Part shown: piece by piece, positions 48,710-57,097 of the stretch
How the letters are laid out: every line of letters begins with the position of its first letter
Numbering within the stretch: the stretch's first letter is position 1
DNA from: Dehalococcoidia bacterium
Lineage (GTDB): Bacteria; Chloroflexota; Dehalococcoidia; UBA2979
Length of the DNA stretch: 63,846 bases
Direction of reading: 5' to 3'
Assembly: GCA_030684635.1 (NCBI GenBank)
Contig: JAUXUW010000129.1
Coordinates: forward strand, 1 to 63,846
Program-made: the position numbers and the translations under genes
The notes under the pieces: generated by a model
Seen by the model: only the letters and a program-made list of their open reading frames with translations
Told to the model about the DNA's origin: nothing
The model's database searches: none

Positions 48710-49395
48710 CAGCGGTCTCCTTCGCCCTCGGGATCGTCTTCGTCGTCGGTCTCCTCGTCGAGGAGCAGCGCCCACTCCGGGATCACGCCCAGCACGGCCA
48801 TGCTGCCGCTCATCTCCGCGAGTGCCTCGGCGAGCGTGTTCGCGCGCTCCAGCCCGATGTCCGCCAGCGGACGGGCGGCGCTGATGGAGGCGATCGGCAG
48901 CGTCCGGCCGTTGTCCTTCACCAGCCACACCTGCCAGTGCACCACGTCCTGCAGGTCGCCCGAACCGAGCTCTTCCTCGAAGTTGCCCGTCACCTCGATC
49001 GACCCGATGCGCGGGAACGGCACCAGTTCGCGCGTCCCCAGGCCCAGTCCCAGGAAGCCCTGCTGCCAGCGGCAGGTCCCCTTCTTGCGCTCCATCAGGA
49101 ACGCTGAGCCCAGGATGTTGTAGACCAGCCCCAGCACGGCCGTGGGCCCTGACACGATCACGAACGTGAGCAGCACCATCAGCAGCCAGAGCGGCAGCGA
49201 GTTGATGTACGTCGCCATCGCCCACACGGCGGCCAGCGTCAGCAGCGCCTGGATGGCGGGCCCTACGAGGCCCATGCGCGCCGGCTTGATCGTGATCTGG
49301 TCGGGCGAGATCACCGCATAGGCGCGGTTCAGCGCGATCCGTTCCGAGCCGCGCGCGCCCGTCGCCCCGTCGCTCATCGTCACCCCGCCCCGCAT
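48709..49395 (-). CDS. Hypothetical membrane protein with an acidic C-terminal tail
   Basis: 228-aa ORF with GC3-rich codons, two adjacent TM helices (residues about 45-90), a soluble domain, and the tail DEETDDEDDPEGEGDR. An alternative ATG lies at 49377. Confidence 0.55.
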   Translation of the reverse strand: MRGGVTMSDGATGARGSERIALNRAYAVISPDQITIKPARMGLVGPAIQALLTLAAVWAMATYINSLPLWLLMVLLTFVIVSGPTAVLGLVYNILGSAFLMERKKGTCRWQQGFLGLGLGTRELVPFPRIGSIEVTGNFEEELGSGDLQDVVHWQVWLVKDNGRTLPIASISAARPLADIGLERANTLAEALAEMSGSMAVLGVIPEWALLLDEETDDEDDPEGEGDR

Positions 49396-49476
49396 TGCTG
49401 TCTGACTTCGAGTCTAGGACGGCGTCCCGGTTGCTGCTCCTCAGCGCCCCCGCCTACGATTCGGGCAGGAGACCGC

Positions 49477-49695
49477 ATGCAACGCCAACTCGTCGAGATC
49501 CTCGCCTGTCCGCTCTGCAAGGCGGCGCTCACCCTCGCCGTGACGGCGGAAGACGCGGTCGAGGTGCTCTCCGGCACCCTCACCTGCACCGCCTGCGCCG
49601 AGGCGTTCCCGATCACCGAAGGCATCCCGAACCTGCTCCCGCCCGACCTCCGTCGCGCGATGGAGCAGGAGACATCCCGTAGCGGGGGCCACTAG
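49477..49695 (+). CDS. Trm112/YbaR (DUF343) zinc-ribbon family protein
   Basis: 72 aa, LVEILACPLCKAAL...LTCTACAEAFPITEGIPNLLP. Confidence 0.8.
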   Translation: MQRQLVEILACPLCKAALTLAVTAEDAVEVLSGTLTCTACAEAFPITEGIPNLLPPDLRRAMEQETSRSGGH

Positions 49696-49965
49696 ATGGA
49701 AGGCATGACCCAGGAGCGCTCGCGCCAGATCGGGCGCGCACTGATGGCGCTGTCGGTCTTCCAGTTGGTCTGCTTCCTGCTGGGCGCCGTCCGCCGCTCC
49801 TACCTCGTGGTCGCGGTCCCCGTCGGCATCATCTCCGGCATCGCTGCCGGGGTCGGGCTGTGGGTGGGCTACACGATGGCCACGACCAACTGGGACAACC
49901 CCGCCGACTGGCCCCCCGACACCGCCGCCGCCGAGGGCGCCCCGCCCCCGGACGCTCTCGGCTAG
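49696..49965 (+). CDS. Small membrane protein (2 TM), hypothetical
   Basis: The ATG immediately abuts the Trm112 stop (TAGATG). 89 aa with two hydrophobic helices. Its stop overlaps the folK stop convergently. Confidence 0.45.
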   Translation: MEGMTQERSRQIGRALMALSVFQLVCFLLGAVRRSYLVVAVPVGIISGIAAGVGLWVGYTMATTNWDNPADWPPDTAAAEGAPPPDALG

Positions 49966-50501
49966 CCCTCCGCCCACTCCGGCCCGCGCACCCGCACGAC
50001 CTCGGCCCGCTCGAGGGCGGGACGCAGGTCGCGCATCGAGGCAATCCGGAGGCCGGTCTGCGGGTGGATGACGTCCCCACCCACCTCCGCGAGCGGCACG
50101 AGCACGAACGACCGCTGGCCCAGCAGCATGTGCGGCACCTGCAGGTCAGCCAGGTCGACCGTCTCGCCCTCGATCAACGCGATGTCGATGTCGAGCGGAC
50201 GCGCCGTCCAGCGCGGCGCGCGGAAGTCGCGGCCCTCCGCCGCCTCCAGGCGCTTCGCGAGGATCAGCAGGTCGCGGGCGTCCAGGTCGGTGACGCCGGA
50301 AACGGCCGCGTTCAGGAATGCCGGCTGGCGCACCACGCCCCACGGCGGCGTCTCGTACAGGGACGACACGCGGTCCACCTCAACGCCGCCCGCACGGAGC
50401 CCGACGACGGCGGCCCGCAGGTGCGCCTCACGGTCGTCGAGGTTGGAGCCCAGCGCCAGCCAGACGCGGCGACGCGGGCGGCCCCGACCGGCCGAGATCA
50501 C
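49962..50501 (-). CDS. folK: 2-amino-4-hydroxy-6-hydroxymethyldihydropteridine pyrophosphokinase
   Basis: GTG at 50499-50501 overlaps the folP stop (GTGA). ...VWLALGSNLDDREAHLRAA...SLYETPPWG...RPLDIDIAL...VPH. Confidence 0.88.
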   Translation of the reverse strand: MISAGRGRPRRRVWLALGSNLDDREAHLRAAVVGLRAGGVEVDRVSSLYETPPWGVVRQPAFLNAAVSGVTDLDARDLLILAKRLEAAEGRDFRAPRWTARPLDIDIALIEGETVDLADLQVPHMLLGQRSFVLVPLAEVGGDVIHPQTGLRIASMRDLRPALERAEVVRVRGPEWAEG

Positions 50502-51340
50502 GGCACGGCCTGGCGCACGACGGCGTCCGCCACGCGCGCGACCTGCACCATCTCGTCCACGTCGTGTACCCGCACCAGGTCGACCCCCTGCTGGATCGCC
50601 AGGGCGACCGTGGCGGCGGTGCCCCACTCACGCTCCTGCGCGGGCCGGTCGATGATGTAGCCGATCGAGGACTTCCGCGAGGTGCCGATCATGAGCGGCC
50701 GGCCCAGGTCGCGCAGTTCGCCCAGGCGCCGGAGCAACTCGAAGTTCTGGACCGGCCCCCACCCGAACCCGAAGCCGGGATCGAGGATGAGCCGCTCGCG
50801 CGGCACCCCGCCGGCGACGGCCGCCGCGATGCACCGCTCGAACCCCGCGCGCGTGTCGCGGATCACGTCGCCACCGAACTCGCGACCACGCTGGTTGTGC
50901 ATCAGGATCGCCGGCGCACCCGCCTGCGCGACCACGCGCGCCATGCCGGCATCGCCGAGGAACCCCGTGACGTCGTTGATGGCGTCCGCACCGTAGTCCA
51001 GGGCACGCCGTGCGACCTCTGCTTTGCTCGTGTCGACGGTGATGGGGATGGAGACGGCCCGACGCACGGCGCCCAGCACCAGCATCAGCCGCCCCCACTC
51101 CGTTTCGGCGTCGATCGCGGCGAACTCCGGGCGCGTGGACTCCGCGCCGAGATCGAGGATGTCCGCCCCCGCCTCCACCATCCGCTCCGCGAGGTGGACC
51201 GCAGCCTGCGGGTCGACGATGCCGTCACCGGAAAAGGAGTCGGGCGTCGCGTTGATGATGCCGACGACGTAGGTCCGCTGCCCCCACTCGAACGTCCGGG
51301 AGCCGATCGTGAGCGGGGCGGGATTCGTCGGGGACACCAT
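50498..51340 (-). CDS. folP: Dihydropteroate synthase
   Basis: 280 aa with GIINATPDSFSGDG...ILDLGAESTRP...INDV...MHN...DPGFGFG. Confidence 0.95.
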   Translation of the reverse strand: MVSPTNPAPLTIGSRTFEWGQRTYVVGIINATPDSFSGDGIVDPQAAVHLAERMVEAGADILDLGAESTRPEFAAIDAETEWGRLMLVLGAVRRAVSIPITVDTSKAEVARRALDYGADAINDVTGFLGDAGMARVVAQAGAPAILMHNQRGREFGGDVIRDTRAGFERCIAAAVAGGVPRERLILDPGFGFGWGPVQNFELLRRLGELRDLGRPLMIGTSRKSSIGYIIDRPAQEREWGTAATVALAIQQGVDLVRVHDVDEMVQVARVADAVVRQAVP

Positions 51341-51771
51341 CAGACCACCTCGATCGTCTCTTCTTCGATCACCCCGCCGCGACGGATGTGGTACGCGCGC
51401 ACGTCCGGTGGATCCTGAGCGAGCGACACGAGGATGTAGAACGTCCCCGGGAACATCGGCTCCTGCTCCACCTCGCCGGGCGGGAAGAACGCCATCCTCA
51501 CGTCGGTCGGTGACGGGCGCGCCGGCGACCCAACGTGCGAGTGGTAGATCGCGAACAGCGTCTCGCCGGAGGCGTCACGGGCGCGTTCCAGCCGCATCAT
51601 CTGCAGCGGGTTCATCTCGTAGCGGTAGGGGCTGGCGGCGTCATTCTTCACACGATGGACGGCCGTCGGGACGCCGTCGGCGGCGTGCACCATGCCACAG
51701 CACTCGTCCGGCAGGTTCTCCTGAGCGTGCGCCACCATCTCGTCGATGATCGGCTGCGGGATGCGGGGCAT
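51340..51771 (-). CDS. JAMM/MPN+ metalloprotease (Mec+-like)
   Basis: 143 aa with an E-x-CG motif (PDECCGMV) and JAMM motif IYHSHVGSPARPSPTD. Its stop shares 1 nt with the folP start. Confidence 0.88.
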   Translation of the reverse strand: MPRIPQPIIDEMVAHAQENLPDECCGMVHAADGVPTAVHRVKNDAASPYRYEMNPLQMMRLERARDASGETLFAIYHSHVGSPARPSPTDVRMAFFPPGEVEQEPMFPGTFYILVSLAQDPPDVRAYHIRRGGVIEEETIEVV

Positions 51772-51795
51772 GGGGTCATCCGCTCCAGGACCGCG

Positions 51796-52188
51796 TCAGG
51801 TCCAGGCTTCTGGCTCGCCGTCGTCGATGCACGCGCCGGCCACCATCTTCATCTGCAGGAAGTTCGTGCTCGCCGGCTCGATCCACAGGTGGGCGATCCA
51901 GTGGTCGCGCTCCTCCTCTGGCACTCGGTCGAGCAGGTCGCCGAGCGTGGCGTGCAGCACCGTCTCGCCTGCATCGGTCTCCGCAATGCCGAGGTCAATC
52001 GACCAGCGGTTCGCAAAGGCGATGCGGCCCACGGTGCGCGTCCGGATGATCTGCGCGTCCGGCATGCCCCGGTACCGCTCCACCACCTCCGGCCGGAACC
52101 GGAGGTGGAGGCGGCGGCCGTCGCCGGACGACAGCACGCGCCGCAGCAGGGACTGCTCCAGCGCCGCGACTGGCTTCGCGGAGGTCAT
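51796..52188 (-). CDS. Hypothetical protein (130 aa) embedded in the sulfur-carrier operon
   Basis: ATG at 52186-52188 lies 2 nt after the rhodanese stop. GC3-rich codons. No recognisable motif. Confidence 0.5.
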   Translation of the reverse strand: MTSAKPVAALEQSLLRRVLSSGDGRRLHLRFRPEVVERYRGMPDAQIIRTRTVGRIAFANRWSIDLGIAETDAGETVLHATLGDLLDRVPEEERDHWIAHLWIEPASTNFLQMKMVAGACIDDGEPEAWT

Positions 52189-52190
52189 CG

Positions 52191-53015
52191 CTATCGCTCG
52201 ATCGGCACGCCGACCATGGAGCCGTACTCGGTCCATGAGCCGTCGTAGTTGCGGACGTCCGGATAGCCCAGGATGTGCTTCAGCACGAACCAGGTGTGGC
52301 TGGAGCGCTCGCCGATGCGGCAGTAGGCGATCGTCGGGGTGTCCGACTTCAGGCCCTGCGTGCCGTAGAGCGTCTCGAGCTCGTCCGTAGAGCGGAACGT
52401 GCCGTCCTCGTTCACCGCGCGCGCCCACGGGATGTTCTTCGCACCGGGGATGTGGCCGCCGCGCTGCGCCGTCTCCGTCATGCCGGGAGGCGCAATCACC
52501 TCGCCGGAGTACTCGGCGGGGCTCCGCACGTCCACCAGTTGCACGGGCTGCTTCAGCGCCTGCAGCACGTCGTCACGCACCGCGCGCAGCGCCGGGTTCG
52601 GCTCCTTCGCGGAGTAGGAGGCGGCGGGGATGCTCGGCTCCGCCGTGGTCGTGGGGCGGTTGTCGGCGAGCCACTTCACGCGACCGCCGTTCATCAGCGA
52701 GACCTTCTCGTGGCCGTACAGTTCGGTCAGCCAGAGCGCGTACGCCGCGAACCAGTTGTTGTTGTCGCCGTACAGCACGATGTGCGTGTCGTTCGAGATG
52801 CCGGACTTCGCCATCAACGCCTCGAAGTCGGCCTTCGTCAGGATGTCCCGGCGCACGTTGTCCTGGAGCTGGCTGGTCCAGTTCCACGCCACCGCACCCT
52901 CAATGTGGCCCTCGCGGTAGGCCTCGGTGTCCACGTCCACCTCAACCAGGCGGACACCGGGGTCGTTCTTGTGCTCCTGGACCCACTCCACGGAGACGAG
53001 CTTGTCAGTCATCAT
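52191..53015 (-). CDS. Thiosulfate/3-mercaptopyruvate sulfurtransferase (tandem rhodanese)
   Basis: 274 aa with two rhodanese domains. Active-site loop CRIGERSS in the second domain. Confidence 0.92.
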   Translation of the reverse strand: MMTDKLVSVEWVQEHKNDPGVRLVEVDVDTEAYREGHIEGAVAWNWTSQLQDNVRRDILTKADFEALMAKSGISNDTHIVLYGDNNNWFAAYALWLTELYGHEKVSLMNGGRVKWLADNRPTTTAEPSIPAASYSAKEPNPALRAVRDDVLQALKQPVQLVDVRSPAEYSGEVIAPPGMTETAQRGGHIPGAKNIPWARAVNEDGTFRSTDELETLYGTQGLKSDTPTIAYCRIGERSSHTWFVLKHILGYPDVRNYDGSWTEYGSMVGVPIER

Positions 53016-53064
53016 CTACTCCTACTGATCTTCACGAGGCGGGACGGCCGTGAGGGCGGCCCGT

Positions 53065-54000
53065 CTACCACCAGAGCTTTTCTGCAACCTGTTCGCGGAT
53101 CTCTTCGTATTCGGTGTTCCAGAGGCCGGTGGAGAGGTACTTCCATCCTCCATCGGCAAGCAGACAGACGATCTTTCCGGATTCCATCTTCTCGGCCGTG
53201 CGCTGCGCGGCGCGCACCACGGAGCCGGAAGACACGCCCGCGAAGACGCCGGTCTTCTGCGTCAGTTCTTTCGTCATCGCGAAGGAGGTCTTGGAGTCGA
53301 CCACGATCCGGCCGTCCAGCACGGTGTCGTCGAAGACAGGCGGGATGTAACCATCCTCCAGCGCGCGGAGCCCCTGCACCAGATCGCCCGGGTGTGGCGC
53401 CGCCGCCACCACTCGGATCGCCGGGTTGTGCTCCTTCAGCCGCCGCCCGTTGCCGGTGAGCGTCCCGCCGGTGCCGAGGCCCGCGACGAACACGTCCAGG
53501 TCCGGCAGGTCCGCGATGATCTCGGGGGCCGTCGTCTCGTAGTGCGCGCGGGGGTTCATCTCGTTCTCGTACTGGAACAGCATCACCCAGTCCGGGTTGG
53601 CGTCCCGGATCTCCGTCGCCATCCGCACCGCGCCGTTGGAACCCAGGTCGCCCGGCGACAGGATGATCTCCGCGCCGTACGCCTCCAACAGTTGCGTGCG
53701 CTCCCGCGACACCGCGTCCGGCATCACGATCTTCACGCGGTACCCGCGCAGCCCGCCGATCATCGCCAGGGCGATGCCGGTGTTGCCGGACGATGGCTCC
53801 ACGATCGTGGCGCCCGGCGTCAGCCGCCCGGTGCGCTCCGCATCCTCGATCATGTACTTCGCGATGCGGTCCTTCACGGAGCCGGTGGGGTTCTCGCCCT
53901 CCAGCTTCGCCCAGATCTCCACGCGCGGGTTCGGCGACATCACGGAGACGTCGACGAGCGGCGTGTTGCCGATCATCTCCACTACGCTCCGGTACTTCAT
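53065..54000 (-). CDS. cysM: CysM-type cysteine synthase (O-phosphoserine / CysO-thiocarboxylate-dependent type)
   Basis: ATG at 53998-54000. NPTGSVKDR PLP lysine, SSGNTG, WVMLFQYENEMN, ADGGWKYLSTG and the C-terminal ...LWW. By my recollection this is collinear with M. tuberculosis CysM (Rv1336). Confidence 0.9.
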   Translation of the reverse strand: MKYRSVVEMIGNTPLVDVSVMSPNPRVEIWAKLEGENPTGSVKDRIAKYMIEDAERTGRLTPGATIVEPSSGNTGIALAMIGGLRGYRVKIVMPDAVSRERTQLLEAYGAEIILSPGDLGSNGAVRMATEIRDANPDWVMLFQYENEMNPRAHYETTAPEIIADLPDLDVFVAGLGTGGTLTGNGRRLKEHNPAIRVVAAAPHPGDLVQGLRALEDGYIPPVFDDTVLDGRIVVDSKTSFAMTKELTQKTGVFAGVSSGSVVRAAQRTAEKMESGKIVCLLADGGWKYLSTGLWNTEYEEIREQVAEKLWW

Positions 54001-54016
54001 CGGAGCGCTCCTGTCG

Positions 54017-54295
54017 TTAAATCCCGCCCGCAAGGGCGGGGAGGAAAGAGACGGAGTCGCCGTCGCTGAGCGGGGTGTCCTTGCCGCCCAGGTAACGCAC
54101 GTCCTCGTCGTTCAGGTAGATGTTCACGAACCGTCGCAGGTCGCCCTGCTCGTCCATGATGCGCGTGGCGAAGCCGGGGTAGTCCCGCTCGATGTTGTCG
54201 ATCAACTCGCCAACGGTCTTGCCGTCGGCCGCGAACTCCCGCTGGCCATTCACGGCCTGCTGGATGACGGAGGTGACGTGTACGGTCACCGGCAT
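54017..54295 (-). CDS. CysO/MoaD/ThiS-family sulfur-carrier protein, C-terminus ...ALAGG-I
   Basis: 92 aa, MPVTVHV...RRFVNIYLNDEDVRYLGG...DSVSFLPALAGGI. CysO-like throughout, with one extra residue after Gly-Gly. I checked the codons. Confidence 0.85.
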   Translation of the reverse strand: MPVTVHVTSVIQQAVNGQREFAADGKTVGELIDNIERDYPGFATRIMDEQGDLRRFVNIYLNDEDVRYLGGKDTPLSDGDSVSFLPALAGGI

Positions 54296-54407
54296 CGGTC
54301 AGTCCCTTCCCTGTACGTACGCCCCGAATCTCGGTGGCGTCCGGGAACCCCTCGAGGTGCCCGCGCGGTTTCGGCCGCGATCCCCGGCAATCGTGGTCAC
54401 GAAGGCG

Positions 54408-55271
54408 CTAGGCGTGTGCGCCCGCGACCGGCATCTCCAGCGGCGCAGAACCGCAGAACTGGTCGTAGTCGATGAGCTCCGTCACCGTCGGGTTCAGGCC
54501 GCACAACGGGCAGTTCGGGTCCTGCCGCGTCTTCATCGTGCGGAACTCCATGGTCAGCGCGTCGATGAGCAGCAGGCGGTTCACCAGCGACTCGCCCACG
54601 CCCAGGATCTGCTTGAACACCTCGGTCGCCTGGATGGAACCGACGATGCCGGTAATGGCGCCCAGCACGCCCGCCTCGGCGCAGGAGGGCACCAGGCCCG
54701 GCGGGGGCGGATCCGGGTAGAGGCAGCGGTAGCAGCCCTTGCCCGGCTGGTAGACCGTCGCCTGGCCATCGAACAGCAGGATCGCACCGTCCACCAGCGT
54801 CTTGCCGGCGAGGTACGAGGCGTCGTTCACCAGGTAGCGCGTGGCGAAGTTGTCCGCGCCGTTCACGACGATGTCGTACTGCGGGATGATCTCCATGGCG
54901 TTGTCGCTGGTGATCGGCATGTGGTGCAGCACCACGTTCACGTGCGGGTTGTAGGCCCGCAGCGTCTCCTGCGCGGAGATGATCTTCGGCCGGCCCACGT
55001 CCGCGGTCTGGTGCAGCACCTGCCGCTGGAGGTTGGAGAGGTCGACGGTGTCGAACTCCACCAGCCCGATCGTGCCTACGCCGGCCAGTGCCAGGTAGAG
55101 CGCCACGGGCCCGCCGAGGCCGCCCGCGCCGATCACCAGCACCTTCGCGTTGCGCAGCTTCCGCTGACCCTGCGGCCCGACCTGCGGCATGATGATGTGC
55201 CGCGAGTACCGCATCACCTCGTCCGGGGTCAGCGCCACCGAGACCGGCGCGCCCTGTGGTGCGTTCGTCAT
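54408..55271 (-). CDS. ThiF/MoeB/HesA-type E1-like adenylyltransferase (no rhodanese domain)
   Basis: 287 aa with VLVIGAGGLGGPVALYLALAGVG, DLSNLQRQ and two CxxC pairs (CYRC, CPLC). The ATG overlaps the upstream carrier stop (ATGA). Confidence 0.92.
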   Translation of the reverse strand: MTNAPQGAPVSVALTPDEVMRYSRHIIMPQVGPQGQRKLRNAKVLVIGAGGLGGPVALYLALAGVGTIGLVEFDTVDLSNLQRQVLHQTADVGRPKIISAQETLRAYNPHVNVVLHHMPITSDNAMEIIPQYDIVVNGADNFATRYLVNDASYLAGKTLVDGAILLFDGQATVYQPGKGCYRCLYPDPPPPGLVPSCAEAGVLGAITGIVGSIQATEVFKQILGVGESLVNRLLLIDALTMEFRTMKTRQDPNCPLCGLNPTVTELIDYDQFCGSAPLEMPVAGAHA

Positions 55272-55558
55272 GATCGTCCCCCTGCTCCACCCGCCAGCGC
55301 GGGGATCACTGCCACCTGGTCCCCCTCGGACACCGGGGTGTCCACGCCAGCCAGCTCATGAATCTCCTGGTTATTCAGGTACACGTTGATGTGGGTCGGC
55401 ACGTGCCGGTCACTGTCGTAGACCAGGTCCGCGAACCCCGGGTACAACGCCTCCACCGCGTCCAGCACCTCGCCCACGGTCGCGCCCTCAACCTGCACGC
55501 GCTCGTGCATGGCCGTGATGCGGCGGAAGGGGGACGGGATGTAGACACTCACCGGCAT
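55268..55558 (-). CDS. MoaD/ThiS-family sulfur-carrier protein, C-terminus ...ALAGG-AGGRS
   Basis: 96 aa, MPVSVYIPSP...HINVYLNNQEIHELAG...DQVAVIPALAGGAGGRS. The Gly-Gly is followed by 5 residues that include a second Gly-Gly. Confidence 0.8.
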   Translation of the reverse strand: MPVSVYIPSPFRRITAMHERVQVEGATVGEVLDAVEALYPGFADLVYDSDRHVPTHINVYLNNQEIHELAGVDTPVSEGDQVAVIPALAGGAGGRS

Positions 55559-55603
55559 GCCGATTGTTGCTCCAACAGATTGACTTCAGGTTTCAGGTGG
55601 GCG

Positions 55604-56545
55604 CTACAGCGCAACCGTCAGGTATCGCTCGCCGGTGTCGCAGAGCATGGTCACCACCCGTTTGCCGGGCCCCAGCTCACGCGCCACCTTCAACGCGGCC
55701 CACACATTCGCGCCCGAGGAGACACCCACCAAGAGCCCCTCCTCGCGCGTGAGGCGCTTCGTCATCTCGTACGCATCCTCGTCGCGCACACCGATGACCG
55801 AGGCGTACACGTCCCGGTTCAGGACCCCCGGGATGAACGAGGCGCCAATGCCCTGGATGCCGTGGACGCCCGCGCGCCCACCCTGCAGGACCGGCGCACG
55901 GGCGGGCTCCACGGCCACGATGCGCGCCTGGATGCCCGCATCCCGCAGCGCCTCGCCGACCCCGGTGATCGTGCCGCCGGTGCCGACGCCAGCGACGAAC
56001 GCGTCCAGCCGGCCCCCCGTCGCCTCGATGATCTCCACGGCCGTCGTGTCGCGGTGCGCCTGTGGGTTCGCCGGGTTCTCGAACTGCCCGAGCATCACGT
56101 AGTGCTTCTCGTCCACCATCTCCTGCGCGGCGTACACCGCCCCGGTCATGCCCTCGATGGCGGGGGTCAGGACCAGGTCAACGCCGAAACGTTCCAGCAG
56201 GCGACGGCGCTCCAGGGACATATCCTCCGGCATGGTCAGCACCAGCCGGTAGCCCTTCGTCGCGCACACCATCGCCAGGCCGATCCCGGTGTTCCCGGAG
56301 GTTGGCTCCACCAGCGTGTCCCCAGGCTTGATCTTCCCCTCGCGCTCCGCGGCTTCCACCATCGCCAGGGCGATGCGGTCCTTCACGGAGCCTGCCGGGT
56401 TGAACACCTCGAACTTGCCGAGGATTTCGGCGGCGTCCGGCCCCGCGATGCGGCTCAGCCGGACGAGCGGCGTGTTGCCGATCAGGTCCAGTACGGAGTC
56501 CGCGATCGCCGGCTGACGGGTCGTCAGGTGATCCGGGGCTACCAC
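55604..56545 (-). CDS. cysK: Cysteine synthase A-type (O-acetylserine sulfhydrylase family)
   Basis: 313 aa (GTG start) with NPAGSVKDR and TSGNTG, and a CysK-like C-terminal half. Confidence 0.9.
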   Translation of the reverse strand: MVAPDHLTTRQPAIADSVLDLIGNTPLVRLSRIAGPDAAEILGKFEVFNPAGSVKDRIALAMVEAAEREGKIKPGDTLVEPTSGNTGIGLAMVCATKGYRLVLTMPEDMSLERRRLLERFGVDLVLTPAIEGMTGAVYAAQEMVDEKHYVMLGQFENPANPQAHRDTTAVEIIEATGGRLDAFVAGVGTGGTITGVGEALRDAGIQARIVAVEPARAPVLQGGRAGVHGIQGIGASFIPGVLNRDVYASVIGVRDEDAYEMTKRLTREEGLLVGVSSGANVWAALKVARELGPGKRVVTMLCDTGERYLTVAL

Positions 56546-56608
56546 CGTGGCGCGCTCCTGCCATCGCCGGACCAGTGCGGGGCCGGCGAAGATGCTCAGT
56601 GCAGTCGA

Positions 56609-57049
56609 TTAGATGCTGTAGTTCACCACTGCTGTGCGCTCGTGCTCCCGCTCGTGCTCGGCCAGGGCCGCCAGCGAGACAGCAGCCAGTTTGCGCCGCA
56701 TGTCATCGTAAATCTCTTGCCAGACCCATTCCTGGCCGCAGATCGCCTCCGCGCCCGGTTCATGGTTGTCCAGACACTGAAGCGGGGCAAGCGACCCCTC
56801 CAGCGCTTCCAACAGGTGGAGGAGACAGATCTCCTCCGCCGGCTTCGCCAGCAGGTGCCCACCACCCGGCCCTCGGACGCTCCTCACGAACCCTGCCCGC
56901 CGCAATTGCGCAAGCAGATGATCGAGGTAGGACTCCGGGATCTGGCGGCGCTTCGCGATCTCGGCGCGCTGCACCGGGCCTTCGCCCTCGTGCTTCGCGA
57001 GGTCGATCATGGCGCGGACACCGTAGTCACCCTTGGTACTGAGCAGCAT
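56609..57049 (-). CDS. Rrf2-family transcriptional regulator (CymR/IscR-like)
   Basis: 146 aa, MLLSTKGDYGVRAMIDLA...IAKRRQIPESYLDHLLAQLRRAGFVRSVRGPGGG. Confidence 0.9.
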   Translation of the reverse strand: MLLSTKGDYGVRAMIDLAKHEGEGPVQRAEIAKRRQIPESYLDHLLAQLRRAGFVRSVRGPGGGHLLAKPAEEICLLHLLEALEGSLAPLQCLDNHEPGAEAICGQEWVWQEIYDDMRRKLAAVSLAALAEHEREHERTAVVNYSI

Positions 57050-57088
57050 CGAGACCCCGGTGGGTATTCACGACCAATTCAGTCGACA

Positions 57089-57097
57089 TTGTACCAG
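57089..57097 (-). promoter_or_regulatory. Candidate extended -10 promoter element for the Rrf2-cysK transcription unit
   Basis: The minus strand reads TGGTACAAT (57097-57089), i.e. TGn plus TACAAT, about 40 nt upstream of the Rrf2 start. An AT-richer TGAAT-N6-TGAAT direct repeat lies just downstream of it. Confidence 0.35.
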
